A stretch of DNA of 63,957 nt, the filler included, from an uncultured bacterium (lineage in GTDB: Bacteria > Hinthialibacterota > Hinthialibacteria > Hinthialibacterales > Hinthialibacteraceae), in NCBI GenBank assembly GCA_964449065.1. It is 5 parts of 5 records of this genome, joined end to end, with 100 filler letters (N's around TTAATTAATTAA, not from the genome) between each part and the next. Parts side by side here need not be neighbours in the genome. Positions count along the whole stretch, not along the records: positions 27,874 to 41,688 come from CAYVAZ010000128.1; positions 41,789 to 55,591 come from CAYVAZ010000129.1; 3 more parts are not named here. One strand, written 5' to 3'. The notes beneath the pieces are model-generated. The model did no database searches, was not told the DNA's origin, and worked only from the letters and a program-made list of their open reading frames with translations. Position numbers and translations under genes: made by a program. Of this stretch, positions 38,177 to 47,439 are shown piece by piece. The first letter of the stretch is position 1. Each line of letters starts with the position of its first letter.

Positions 38177-39421
38177 TTATTTTGTCTGCAATGGTTCATA
38201 ACCAGCAGTCAGTTTGTTGATTTCATTAAAATGTTTATGGGCGGATGTTGCCGCTTCCAATCGTTGAATGTTTAGTTCATACAAAGAGCGTTGCGCGTCC
38301 AGCACATTGATGTAGGGAAATTTTCCCTGCCGGTATCCCTCTTGAGCCGCTTCAAAGGCGGTTTGCGCGGCAGGAAGAATTTCATCCTGTAACCGGTGCA
38401 CTTCTTCATACACTTGAAGATAATTCTGATACACTTGAACCAGCGTTGATCTCAACTTTGATAGTAAGGCATCTTTCTCCGACACCTCTTTCTGAACCAA
38501 TTCGCTTGCTGCCCGGATGGCTCCCTGATTCCGGTCTCGTAATGGCAATGGGATAGAAACACCAATGACAAATGCGCCGTCATCCTGGCCGGAGTGATAC
38601 CTTACACCGGCTCCAATGGTAAAATCTGGCGTGGCTTTCGCGGTTTCCAATTGCAGCAATGCTTCCTGTTCAGAAACGGTTGCTTCGGATAAGATGATTT
38701 CCGGATGCATCGAAACATTTTCCAAGATGGTTTTGGTGAGCGGCGCCTTTGGCAATGGGAGTAAATCACCGGTGACCGATTCAAAGCCCGGTTCTGTACT
38801 TCCCCATTGTTCTGAGAGTGCGAGTTTGCTTCTATTTAGGTTCCGGCGGGTTCGATCCAAGTTGATTTGTGTAGAGGAAACCATGACTCGCGCGCGGATT
38901 TCTTCAACCGGAGAATCCCTGCCCGCTGCAACACTGGCTTTGATGTTTTTGTGGATTTGCCGGCTGATATCATAAAACGATGTTTCCAATTTCAACCGTT
39001 GTTGAGCGGCTAGAACATCAATAAACGCATCTGTCGTTTGATAAAGAACTTGTAAGCGGGCTAGTTCCCATTCTTGTTGTACGATATCTTTTTTTCGTTC
39101 CGCTGCTTGAGTTCGTTTTTCCGGTTTTTCCGCCGTTTCAAAGGTCTGACGAATCGCGGTGGTTGATTCAAAATCGTCCAGTCCCTGAAAGGATCCCGTG
39201 CCGAGTACATTTTCGATTTCAATATCCAATTCCGGGTTCGGACGCAAGCCTGCCTGCTCGATGAAACCATCCTGGGCAAGCATCTCATACCGAAACGGTT
39301 CCAAAGCCGGATGATTCTCCAACGCTTTTTTTTGAGAGTCCAGCAAAGTCAATTCTGATTGAGACCATGCAGTATTACTAAAAATAACAAGGCAAAAAAA
39401 TAACAGCGATTGTTTTTTCAT
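38177..39421 (-). CDS. czcC: CzcC/TolC-family outer membrane protein
   Basis: Signal peptide; QAGLRPNP, PLPLRDRNQGAI, GYRQGKF...VLDAQR. Confidence 0.9.
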   Translation of the reverse strand: MKKQSLLFFCLVIFSNTAWSQSELTLLDSQKKALENHPALEPFRYEMLAQDGFIEQAGLRPNPELDIEIENVLGTGSFQGLDDFESTTAIRQTFETAEKPEKRTQAAERKKDIVQQEWELARLQVLYQTTDAFIDVLAAQQRLKLETSFYDISRQIHKNIKASVAAGRDSPVEEIRARVMVSSTQINLDRTRRNLNRSKLALSEQWGSTEPGFESVTGDLLPLPKAPLTKTILENVSMHPEIILSEATVSEQEALLQLETAKATPDFTIGAGVRYHSGQDDGAFVIGVSIPLPLRDRNQGAIRAASELVQKEVSEKDALLSKLRSTLVQVYQNYLQVYEEVHRLQDEILPAAQTAFEAAQEGYRQGKFPYINVLDAQRSLYELNIQRLEAATSAHKHFNEINKLTAGYEPLQTK

Positions 39422-39522
39422 AATGGCATACCACGTAATGAATAGAATGAGTTCGTAAAGAAATCATTTGGATTGAAGGTGTATCTCCCAAATAGCGGGA
39501 GCGAGAAAGGGGAGTGAATGAT

Positions 39523-39963
39523 TTAGATCAACAACCGGACGGTTTGCAGAGAGGGTAAAATCAGAGTGGTTGGATTCGTTTGCAGAAAAATGGAACGTGT
39601 ACGAACGGCTTTTGATTGAGTATTGTAAGATACCGTATTGAATTGCGGGACGTTTAGAGCGATTCGTTTAAGAGTTTCGTTTTGTGCTGATAAGATAATT
39701 TCGTTTTGGAGGTGGAATGAAAGTGGAATATTCAAACACACTTCACATTCGCTATAAGGATTGTCTAAAAAATTAGGATTGTCGCTAGAATTCAGAGAAG
39801 ATTGATACTCATCAATGTGAATCTCTGAACCGGAGTCACAACATCCATCCACTAGCGCGTTATCGGCAAACACTTGTTCAACGCACAAACAGTAAAACAA
39901 CGCTGGAAAAGGCGCCAGCAAAAGAAAATAAAGCGCGAAAAATGTGGATAGAATTTTGTTCAT
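39523..39963 (-). CDS. Cys-containing hypothetical protein heading the czc operon (CzcI-like position)
   Basis: Hydrophobic N-terminus; CLC, CC, CEVC; C-terminal LQTVRLLI. Confidence 0.6.
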   Translation of the reverse strand: MNKILSTFFALYFLLLAPFPALFYCLCVEQVFADNALVDGCCDSGSEIHIDEYQSSLNSSDNPNFLDNPYSECEVCLNIPLSFHLQNEIILSAQNETLKRIALNVPQFNTVSYNTQSKAVRTRSIFLQTNPTTLILPSLQTVRLLI

Positions 39964-40118
39964 AGATTCAATTATAGAAGGATTTACTTGCTTGGCAAGT
40001 TAGATATAGCAAATGGGTGCATGTCAATTTTCTCGCTAGTTATGCGGTTTTATGCAGTTTAACCAATTTCCGATTGGGTTCGCGACGTAGTAAATATCGA
40101 AGCATATCCCAACGGCGC

Positions 40119-40231
40119 AAATCCCCCGGAGCCTGCGGCTCCACCCTTGTTAAGGGGAGCTAGGGGGGATCGATAGTCTGACAGAGTCTTAATGTCGGGT
40201 TGAATTGGGAGGGCAAGGCTCCCGCCGGGCC
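40119..40231. repeat. Cluster of palindromic repeats (GAGCCTGCGGCTC, CCCTTGTTAAGGGG, GGAG REP)
   Basis: Matches the 13958-14036 family and the GGAG REP consensus. Confidence 0.75.
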
Positions 40232-40261
40232 ACAGGTTTTCACCTTATCCGACACGTTTTA

Positions 40262-40455
40262 CTAACCGGTCCATGGATTTAATATTGTTACGCCGGTATC
40301 CACAAAATCAGTAACATTTCTTGTCATGATTTGCAAACCGTGTTGTTTTGCTGTAGCTGCTATCAAACCGTCACTCACCGGAAGTATTCTTCCGTTTTTT
40401 TGCCATTCGGTTTTCGAATCTCTGAGAGTATGCATGTATCAAGAAGCACTCTCAT
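40262..40455 (-). pseudogene. VapC/PIN toxin with internal deletion and frameshift
   Basis: MRVLLDTCILSEIRKPNG is joined out of frame to GRILPVSDGLIAATAKQHGLQIMTRNVTDFVDTGVTILNPW; the central PIN region is missing. Confidence 0.88.
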
Positions 40456-40694
40456 AATTTCACATTCCTCATCTCCGATTGATCCCGTGTTAAATCCACT
40501 CCTTCCAAATTAGGCCCTTCCATAAGAAAATCTTTCAACCCCTTTTTCTTTCCGGTAAGTTTCTGATAATCTTTTTCGTCGATAGCTATTACACAATCCT
40601 GTCTACGCGTAACTTTCTGCGGTCCTTCCAACAGAGCCTTGTTAATGAGTTCACTGAATTTATTTTTGGCTTCAGCCATTTTCCATTCCATCAT
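40452..40694 (-). CDS. Phd/YefM antitoxin
   Basis: WKMAEAKNKFSELINKAL.EGPQ.VTRR; ATGA overlap with vapC. Confidence 0.9.
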   Translation of the reverse strand: MMEWKMAEAKNKFSELINKALLEGPQKVTRRQDCVIAIDEKDYQKLTGKKKGLKDFLMEGPNLEGVDLTRDQSEMRNVKL

Positions 40695-40868
40695 ATCACC
40701 TATTCTGTCTAGATTGTCTGGATTATTTTAGTCTTATTTGAAATAGAGTAAATCAGATTTTTTTCTGCTTTTTTTTCTACCTGAAATACAATCAACACCG
40801 GTTCGTCACAGCATAAAATAAGAGTTATAATGAAATCCCATACAATAATGTTTTGCATGGACTTCTTT

Positions 40869-41135
40869 ATGCCAATACTTTCAATGTTTTACGGCATCAT
40901 TATACGCATGTATACGCTTGATAATCAGCGGCATAGTCTACCTCATATACACGCTAGATACGCCGAATATGAAGCGTCTGTAAGTATTGAAGAAGGAGAA
41001 ATGATTGCAGGAGAATTGCCCAGAAAACAACTCCGGTTGGTTCAAGCATGGTTCGAATTGCACCGGGATGAACGCAAGGCCAATTGGGAACTTGCAACAA
41101 GTGGAGAACCACCATTTAAAATTGATCCGCTATGA
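40869..41135 (+). CDS. DUF4160 protein
   Basis: MP.LSMFYGIIIRMY...H..PHIHA.Y...LRLVQAW.ELH..E...NW...KIDPL. Confidence 0.9.
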   Translation: MPILSMFYGIIIRMYTLDNQRHSLPHIHARYAEYEASVSIEEGEMIAGELPRKQLRLVQAWFELHRDERKANWELATSGEPPFKIDPL

Positions 41136-41144
41136 GGATAAATC

Positions 41145-41423
41145 ATGCATTGGGATGTCAAAAAAGTAAAACCACTACCGGAACATAAATTATACGTTGA
41201 ACTCGAAAACGGTAAAAAAGGGATTTTTGATGTTAGCCCTTATATCAACCGTGGAGTTTTAGAGGAACTTAAAAATCCCAATTACTTTAATCAAGTTTAT
41301 ATCCAGTTTGGCGCATTGACGTGGCCGCACGAACAGGACATTGATCCTGAAACACTTTAACATGAAATGCAAGAAGTTATGGATGAACCGGAATCAATCT
41401 CAAACGAACCGTTTATAAAATAA
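41145..41423 (+). pseudogene. DUF2442 protein with probable premature TAA at 41358-41360
   Basis: V..VKPL..HKL.VE.ENG..GIFD...W...QDIDPETL*; the frame stays open for 20 more codons; the family usually reads DPETLY. Confidence 0.7.
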
Positions 41424-41430
41424 GGATACA

Positions 41431-41598
41431 ATGAACCCATCAACCTGCCTGCAAACCAACGATGCCATCTACCAAATCCGCACCAAAACGCCGGGGCCGC
41501 GGGGTGAACTGCCCTATACCGAGGAGTTGCCCAACAACCTCAGCGGGAATATCTTCGCGTTACCGCAAAACGCGGGGATAGGGTGGCAGCCGCAATAA
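41431..41598 (+). pseudogene. N-terminal remnant of YjhG/YagF D-xylonate dehydratase
   Basis: IYQIRTKTPGPRGELPYTEEL.NN.SGNIFALPQNAGIGW resembles the YjhG N-terminus as recalled; stop after 55 aa. Confidence 0.65.
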
Positions 41599-41688
41599 AC
41601 TGATTTTTTTTTGCCAAATCACCCAACCCGAACGCCCCGCCAAATACACCCGTCTGCTGGTGATTGAAAACGATACCGGATTGCCTGT

Positions 41689-41788
41689 NNNNNNNNNNNN
41701 NNNNNNNNNNNNNNNNNNNNNNNNNNNNNNNNTTAATTAATTAANNNNNNNNNNNNNNNNNNNNNNNNNNNNNNNNNNNNNNNNNNNN
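41689..41788. other. Artificial contig linker
   Basis: 44N-TTAATTAATTAA-44N. Confidence 0.99.
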
Positions 41789-41940
41789 TCAACGTTTTCA
41801 TACGGGCATTACTGCCTCCATATTTTGTTGCATTTCTTCTTATTTAGTGACTATCGAAACGGATTTAAAGCTCGCAACAATACCTACCGTATAAAATTTT
41901 GCGTAACGTCAGTTACTAATTATTTTTTGGGTAACATCCG

Positions 41941-43272
41941 TTAAAAGGTTAAGAAAAAATACCGAAAAATAAATACGGCTGAAATAACATACATAATGGG
42001 ATGAATCTCACGGAATCGGGCGGTTACCGATTTTAAAAGGGTATAACTGATGAAGCCAAACGCGATTCCTTCGGTAATGGAAAAACTAAAGCCGATAAAC
42101 AATACGCATAAAAACGCGGGGATGCTTTCGGTCGGATCATCCCACTGAATGTGCTTGACACCCCGCATCATCATATAGCCGACCATGATTAACGCGGGGG
42201 CGATAATAGGGTAAACCAGTGTGCCGGATTGCGTCTGTATGCCTTTGCCGATCATTTCAACCAGCGGAGAGAAAAAGAGTGCAAGCAAAAAGAGAAGTCC
42301 GGTCACGACATTGGCGAAACCGGTCCGCGCTCCATCGCTTATGCCGGAGGAGGACTCTACATAACTGGTGATGGTGGACGTTCCCAACGCGGCGCCGGAT
42401 ACGGTACCGATGGCATCTGAAAGCAGTGCTTGGCGGGCGCGGGGAAGTTCCCCGTTTTCCATCAAGCCGCCCTGCTCACCGACCCCCACCAGTGTGCCGA
42501 CAGTATCAAATAAATCGAGAATGAAGAAGATGAAAATCACGGATGCCATACTCCATTGCAAAGCGTGCAGCGGCTGCATATGCAAAAGGGTTGGATTTAT
42601 GGAAGGCGGGCTTGCAATCATGCCTTTATACTCAATCAATCCAAAATTCCAAGCCAGTGCGGCAGAGGCGATGATGCCAAACAAGATCGCGCCGCGGACA
42701 TGAAAACAGGTCAGAACCATCGCGACCAGAAATCCGAGGCCGGAAATTAAGACATAGGGTTTGGTTAGCGTGCCTATTGAAATCAACGTGGCGGGATTGT
42801 CAACCACGATACCTGCCCATTGAAACCCCAGAAGAGCGATCATCACACCGATGCCAACCGCAATCGAAAATTTAAGCGATGCGGGAATGATATCCATCAC
42901 AAACTTGCGAAAACCGATCACCCCCAACAGAATGAACAGAGAGCCGGAGATGAAGACGCAGCCTAAAGCGGTTTGCCAGGGAATCCCCAATTGACCGCAG
43001 ACAACATACGAGAAAAATACGTTATGCCCCATCGCCGGGGCGAGTGCAATCGGATGATTGGCGGTGAATGCCATTAAAAAGATGGCAATGGCGGATGCGA
43101 TGCAGGTGGCGGTCATGACGGCGCCGGCATCCATCCCAGCCTCTTGCAAAATGATGGGCTGCACAAAGATGATGTAAGACATGGTGATGAATGTCGTAAA
43201 ACCGCCGGTAATTTCCCGGCGCAGATTGGTTTGATTTTCGGCAAGATGAAATTGGCTTTCTAAAAAAGACAA
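41941..43272 (-). CDS. NCS2/AzgA-family purine permease
   Basis: REITGGFTTFITMSYII.VQP, ALAPAMG, DLFDTVGTL, YVESSSGI..GARTG. Confidence 0.93.
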   Translation of the reverse strand: MSFLESQFHLAENQTNLRREITGGFTTFITMSYIIFVQPIILQEAGMDAGAVMTATCIASAIAIFLMAFTANHPIALAPAMGHNVFFSYVVCGQLGIPWQTALGCVFISGSLFILLGVIGFRKFVMDIIPASLKFSIAVGIGVMIALLGFQWAGIVVDNPATLISIGTLTKPYVLISGLGFLVAMVLTCFHVRGAILFGIIASAALAWNFGLIEYKGMIASPPSINPTLLHMQPLHALQWSMASVIFIFFILDLFDTVGTLVGVGEQGGLMENGELPRARQALLSDAIGTVSGAALGTSTITSYVESSSGISDGARTGFANVVTGLLFLLALFFSPLVEMIGKGIQTQSGTLVYPIIAPALIMVGYMMMRGVKHIQWDDPTESIPAFLCVLFIGFSFSITEGIAFGFISYTLLKSVTARFREIHPIMYVISAVFIFRYFFLTF

Positions 43273-43297
43273 CAGATCGCTCCTACTGAATCAATAA

Positions 43298-43508
43298 TAC
43301 CAATTGCAATTCGGTTTTTCGGCAATGAAACTTTTACGCATTCAAAAAAAGAACGTTTGATGTGAGGTGTATTTTCTATCCAAGGCATCAACACCACCCT
43401 CCCCCCTTATCAAGGGGGGGGGCAACAACGTATAACGAACCGTCATTTTTTGATTGACAGACTACTAGTTCAATAATGCTTTCCCGGAAATTCTGTTTTC
43501 AGTTGGTA
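43298..43508. mobile_element. 211-bp TACC-type MITE with TAA duplication, containing part of a CTAG-type MITE
   Basis: TAA-TACCAATTGCAA ... TTTCAGTTGGTA-TAA; internal CCGTCATTTTTTGATTGACAGACTA-CTAG. Confidence 0.8.
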
Positions 43509-43606
43509 TAAAACAGTATTATGAAGTGAATCGGTTATATTTCAATTCAAGAACACAAAAAAAGGCACTGAGCAGCACCCTTTATATGAGAGGCGTATCA
43601 ATAAAA

Positions 43607-44356
43607 TCATATACCCGGTAATGACACCGTGACCGAATGGATCACCAAGTGTTCCAAACCGAAGGTTTCCGCTCCGGGGGTTTTACCTACAACCAAGATT
43701 ATCGCCTGCGGATCATAAATGAGGGGGCGGTAATCGTGTTCGGCAATTTTTTTCCCATTGAAGAACAATTGGGCTTTCCCGTATTTCCAATCGATGGTGA
43801 TGGTGTTTTCCGCATCCGGAAATACAGGGGTATAATCTGCCATGATGTTCTTTTCATAGCCTCCGCCGCCTAACGGCAGACCGGCGACATAACGGTCTTC
43901 CGGATCGGTGCCGGCAGGAAATTCTTTGATCGTCCATAAAAAGTCAAATGGGCTTTGTGGTGTTTCGTTAAAATTATTCAAGGAAAGAGTCACACGGAAT
44001 GGATTCAGTATGACGTATGGGTCCGCATAGTTCAAATCGCCTCTTTCATACATTGTCAAGAAGATGGACTCTGCATCGGAACGGTTTAAGCCGGTCACAA
44101 CCAATTCAATGGTGCCTTGAGCTATACCGGGTAATTCATACATGATCGATCCGTCTGTTCCCGGTTTCCATCCTTCTTCGGTAAAGGATCCGTGTTTGAC
44201 AGTTCCGATGCTGGAACCGTTGGTTAAGTCATCATGCTTGTATGGGCCTTTCACATCCGATTTGATGAATGACGCACTGCTGCATCCAATGAGACATGCG
44301 ATGGGCAGCATGAAAGAGTACATCATAAACTCACGAGACCGTTTACTCCAATTCAT
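43607..44356 (-). CDS. Putative lipoprotein, beta-sandwich (LamG/ConA-like) hypothetical
   Basis: AGGAG RBS before ATG 44356; lipobox LIGC; GTIELVV and ITIDW....QLFFNG patterns. Confidence 0.65.
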   Translation of the reverse strand: MNWSKRSREFMMYSFMLPIACLIGCSSASFIKSDVKGPYKHDDLTNGSSIGTVKHGSFTEEGWKPGTDGSIMYELPGIAQGTIELVVTGLNRSDAESIFLTMYERGDLNYADPYVILNPFRVTLSLNNFNETPQSPFDFLWTIKEFPAGTDPEDRYVAGLPLGGGGYEKNIMADYTPVFPDAENTITIDWKYGKAQLFFNGKKIAEHDYRPLIYDPQAIILVVGKTPGAETFGLEHLVIHSVTVSLPGI

Positions 44357-44581
44357 TGCTATGTTCTCCTCTATAAGGGTTCCATTTTCCCGGGTTCCAT
44401 GTTCCAGTACAAACCACCCCATGGCGGGGGGGGAAGCATTGCAAACGAAGATCATTCGATAATTCTCTACAACCGCATTCTAACGAAATCACGGTGGATT
44501 TACCAGAGAACCAAACCGGAATAGACTAAAAAATCAAAACGAATACCGGTACGGTATATCAGAACCGCGGTTAAATCAACG

Positions 44582-44938
44582 ATGGCAAAAATTCAGTACG
44601 TTAGCGAAAATGAAATTGACATAATTCATTTAGAAGGCACAATTGTCGACGAAGACCTGGTAGAATTGTCAAAAATTGTAGCAGAATTGCGTCAGCAACA
44701 AAGCACAAAATTGCTGATTTTAGGCGAAGCGGTTGAGCGGATAGCCGTGAAGCACTGGCGGTTGTTGGAAGGCTCTTTTCGGCATTACCGGCAAGTAGGA
44801 GGGCGAATTGCGCTGGCTGAATTTAAACCACCGCATCTCAAGTTGATGAAATATCCCTCTTGGTTTCAATATGTAAATAGTTTTGCTACCAAACCAGAGG
44901 CCTTATTGTTCCTTGACCCGAATTTCAACGATGATTGA
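44582..44938 (+). CDS. Divergent STAS-domain protein
   Basis: IIHLEGTI..., GGRIALA, SFATKPEAL; size and pattern of an anti-anti-sigma fold. Confidence 0.6.
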   Translation: MAKIQYVSENEIDIIHLEGTIVDEDLVELSKIVAELRQQQSTKLLILGEAVERIAVKHWRLLEGSFRHYRQVGGRIALAEFKPPHLKLMKYPSWFQYVNSFATKPEALLFLDPNFNDD

Positions 44939-44942
44939 ATAA

Positions 44943-45145
44943 CAGGTGTTACACAATCCAAGATAGACGATTGCTTGAAAAAAGGTTTTTGTTGTGAGCC
45001 AACTATTCTAAGTCAAACGCAGTAGCGTAATAATAGATTTATTCCTCCCGAACCCTCACCCCGGCCCTCTCCCGGTGGGCGAGGGCGATAGATTCAGAGA
45101 ACAATGAGAAAAACGGGTATATCATAATGTAGTGCGTAACATGAA
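44943..45145. mobile_element. MITE family B (internally deleted)
   Basis: CAGGTGTTACA ... CGTAACATGAA; shares blocks with 11409-11685. Confidence 0.7.
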
Positions 45146-45177
45146 TGAATAAAACAAAAATGTTGTGGAGATATCTC

Positions 45178-45519
45178 ATGCTGGAATATGATGTAAAAAC
45201 TGAGGGCGGTAGTTCCATTGTAAAGTTGAATGGTGTTTTGGATTTGGATGGCACCAAATCGTTTAAAGATAAAATCAGTGATATCCGCAAACAGGGTTCT
45301 ATGACTATCATTGCGAATTTTGAAGGTGTCACTGCTATCCAAAGCGCTCACTTGCAACAATTGGTTCCTCCCATACGCGCGTTAACCGCTATTGGCGGGA
45401 CAATGGCATTCTGTTGTATGAACAAGGGAATTTACCGCACCATAGAAACCGCTATGTTTTTCCCTTTAATCAAAGTGTATGAAACCGTAGAAGAAGCCAT
45501 TGACGATTTAGTCAAATAA
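45178..45519 (+). CDS. STAS anti-sigma factor antagonist
   Basis: IVKLNGVLD, IIANFEGVTAIQSAHL, VYETVEEA; GGAG RBS. Confidence 0.8.
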   Translation: MLEYDVKTEGGSSIVKLNGVLDLDGTKSFKDKISDIRKQGSMTIIANFEGVTAIQSAHLQQLVPPIRALTAIGGTMAFCCMNKGIYRTIETAMFFPLIKVYETVEEAIDDLVK

Positions 45520-45530
45520 CGGATGGCGAA

Positions 45531-46355
45531 ATGGATACTCCTACAGCGCTATTCTTAGGTTTTTTACAGGGTTTGACCGAATTTTTGCCCGTTTCCAGTT
45601 CCGGACACTTGGTCTTGGCGGAAACAGCGCTGGGAATTGTTCACCGCACTCCTTTGCTATTTGATTTGATCCTTCATCTTGCCACTTTGCTTGCCGTGGG
45701 GGTTTATTTTCGTGCGAAAATTTTCGAGTTGTGCATGGTGTTGTGGAACTGGAGAATCACCGGTGACGATGCGCAGGATAATAAAAGCATTCTCATTGCC
45801 ATCGCCATCAGTACAGTTGTGACGAGTGTGATCGGTTTGGGCTTTAAAAAACTGCCGGTGATTGAAGATGTTTCCGTTATTGATTTGATGCGGGAGCAGC
45901 CGGTATTGGTGGGTTGGGCGTTGTTGTTCACGGGTACTGTTTTGTTTTCCACCTTTTTTCGCCAAGGGAATCAAACGGACGGTACCATCTTTCCTATTTC
46001 TATGATCTGGTTCGGCATCCTATTAGGCCTTGCGCAGGGAATCGCGACCTTGCCGGGCGTATCGCGGTCCGGCATGACGGTTTGTACCGCGTTGCTACTC
46101 GGTTCTTCCAAAAAAATGGCGCTTGAATACTCGTTTATCATGTCGATTCCGGTGATTATTTTGGCTAGTTTGTTTGAGATGCGGGAGGGATTCGGGAGTA
46201 TGGCTGTATTGCCTGTGATAGTAGGATTTGTCACATCGCTGGTATTCAGTTATATCTTTTTGACATTTCTTTCCTGGCTGACCCGCAAGGGTAAATTATA
46301 TCAATTTGGGTTTTATACTGTCCCTGCCGGGATTTATGTTTTGTTTGCGTTCTGA
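45531..46355 (+). CDS. uppP: Undecaprenyl-diphosphatase
   Basis: QGLTEFLPVSSSGHL, PGVSRSG, EYSFIMSIP. Confidence 0.95.
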   Translation: MDTPTALFLGFLQGLTEFLPVSSSGHLVLAETALGIVHRTPLLFDLILHLATLLAVGVYFRAKIFELCMVLWNWRITGDDAQDNKSILIAIAISTVVTSVIGLGFKKLPVIEDVSVIDLMREQPVLVGWALLFTGTVLFSTFFRQGNQTDGTIFPISMIWFGILLGLAQGIATLPGVSRSGMTVCTALLLGSSKKMALEYSFIMSIPVIILASLFEMREGFGSMAVLPVIVGFVTSLVFSYIFLTFLSWLTRKGKLYQFGFYTVPAGIYVLFAF

Positions 46356-46406
46356 TTGGTAACGGTTACAGCAATAGTAGATTGATTAAGATGAACGGAT
46401 CTTTTT

Positions 46407-46431
46407 GCCCGGCGGGAGCCTTGCCCTCCCA
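46407..46431. repeat. GGAG-type REP
   Basis: GCCCGGCGGGAGCCTTGCCCTCCCA. Confidence 0.8.
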
Positions 46432-46473
46432 GCAACATACCGGTTTAAAATACGGCTTTATCCTCTTTTCATT

Positions 46474-47439
46474 ATGAAAACTTCTTTGCAGCAAAAATTA
46501 ATTATCACAATTGTCATTTCTGCCGGGTTGTATTTGGCCGGTTCGCTTTGGGTGGGCTGGCAAGATATATTGGGTGCCATGAAAGAGTTTCGCTGGTGGG
46601 TGTTTCCCCTCGCGTTGATTCTTGCATTTCTAAATTATGCCATCCGCTTTGTGAAATGGCATTATTACCTGCATATCCTCAACATTCATTTGCCGGTTGG
46701 AAAATCGTTTCAGGTGTTCTTATCCGGATTTGTGATGGCGGCAACGCCGGGAAAGTTTGGCGAAGTCTTTAAATCCTACCTCATCAAAGAAATCAATCAG
46801 ACTCCTATGAGCAAATCCGCACCGATTGTGTTGGCCGAACGGTTTACCGATTTTCTCGCGTTTCTCATTTTGGCCCTGCTGGGTGTAACACTGATACCAA
46901 GTGGCATGACCGTATTTGCTATCAGCATAGCAATCGTCGCCGCTGTAATTGTGTTGGTCTCTTGGAAAACGGCGATGGAATCTATGATTGAATGGTCAAA
47001 ACGGCTGCCGGTTATCGGCTCAAAAACAGATAAGATCTTAATGGCTTATGAAAGCACCTATCAACTCATCGCGCCCAAACCGCTGTTTGGGGCAACGCTA
47101 ATCAGCATTGTGTCCTGGTTTATGGAATGTCTCGCGTTTTGGTTGGTGCTTTGGGGATTCGGATCTGCAATCCCGCTTAAAGAAGCAACCTTCATCTACG
47201 CGTTTGGAACGATCATGGGGGCTTTGCTGATGACACCCGGCGGCGTCGGCCCGACGGAAGGCACGCTGGGGGGGTTGTTGGTGCTGATATCATCCGTAGC
47301 GGAAGCGACCGCCGCTTCAGCAACAATCATCATTCGAATTTGCACGCTTTGGTTTGCTGTGATTGTAGGGATGATTACATTATCGCTTTCCGGCAGAAGT
47401 CTTAATGATGCAGAACAAGTGAAACGGAAGGAAACATGA
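46474..47439 (+). CDS. Lysylphosphatidylglycerol synthase TM / UPF0104 flippase-like protein
   Basis: RFVKWHYYL, TPGKFGE, ERFTD, PGGVGPTE, RICTLW. Confidence 0.88.
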   Translation: MKTSLQQKLIITIVISAGLYLAGSLWVGWQDILGAMKEFRWWVFPLALILAFLNYAIRFVKWHYYLHILNIHLPVGKSFQVFLSGFVMAATPGKFGEVFKSYLIKEINQTPMSKSAPIVLAERFTDFLAFLILALLGVTLIPSGMTVFAISIAIVAAVIVLVSWKTAMESMIEWSKRLPVIGSKTDKILMAYESTYQLIAPKPLFGATLISIVSWFMECLAFWLVLWGFGSAIPLKEATFIYAFGTIMGALLMTPGGVGPTEGTLGGLLVLISSVAEATAASATIIIRICTLWFAVIVGMITLSLSGRSLNDAEQVKRKET

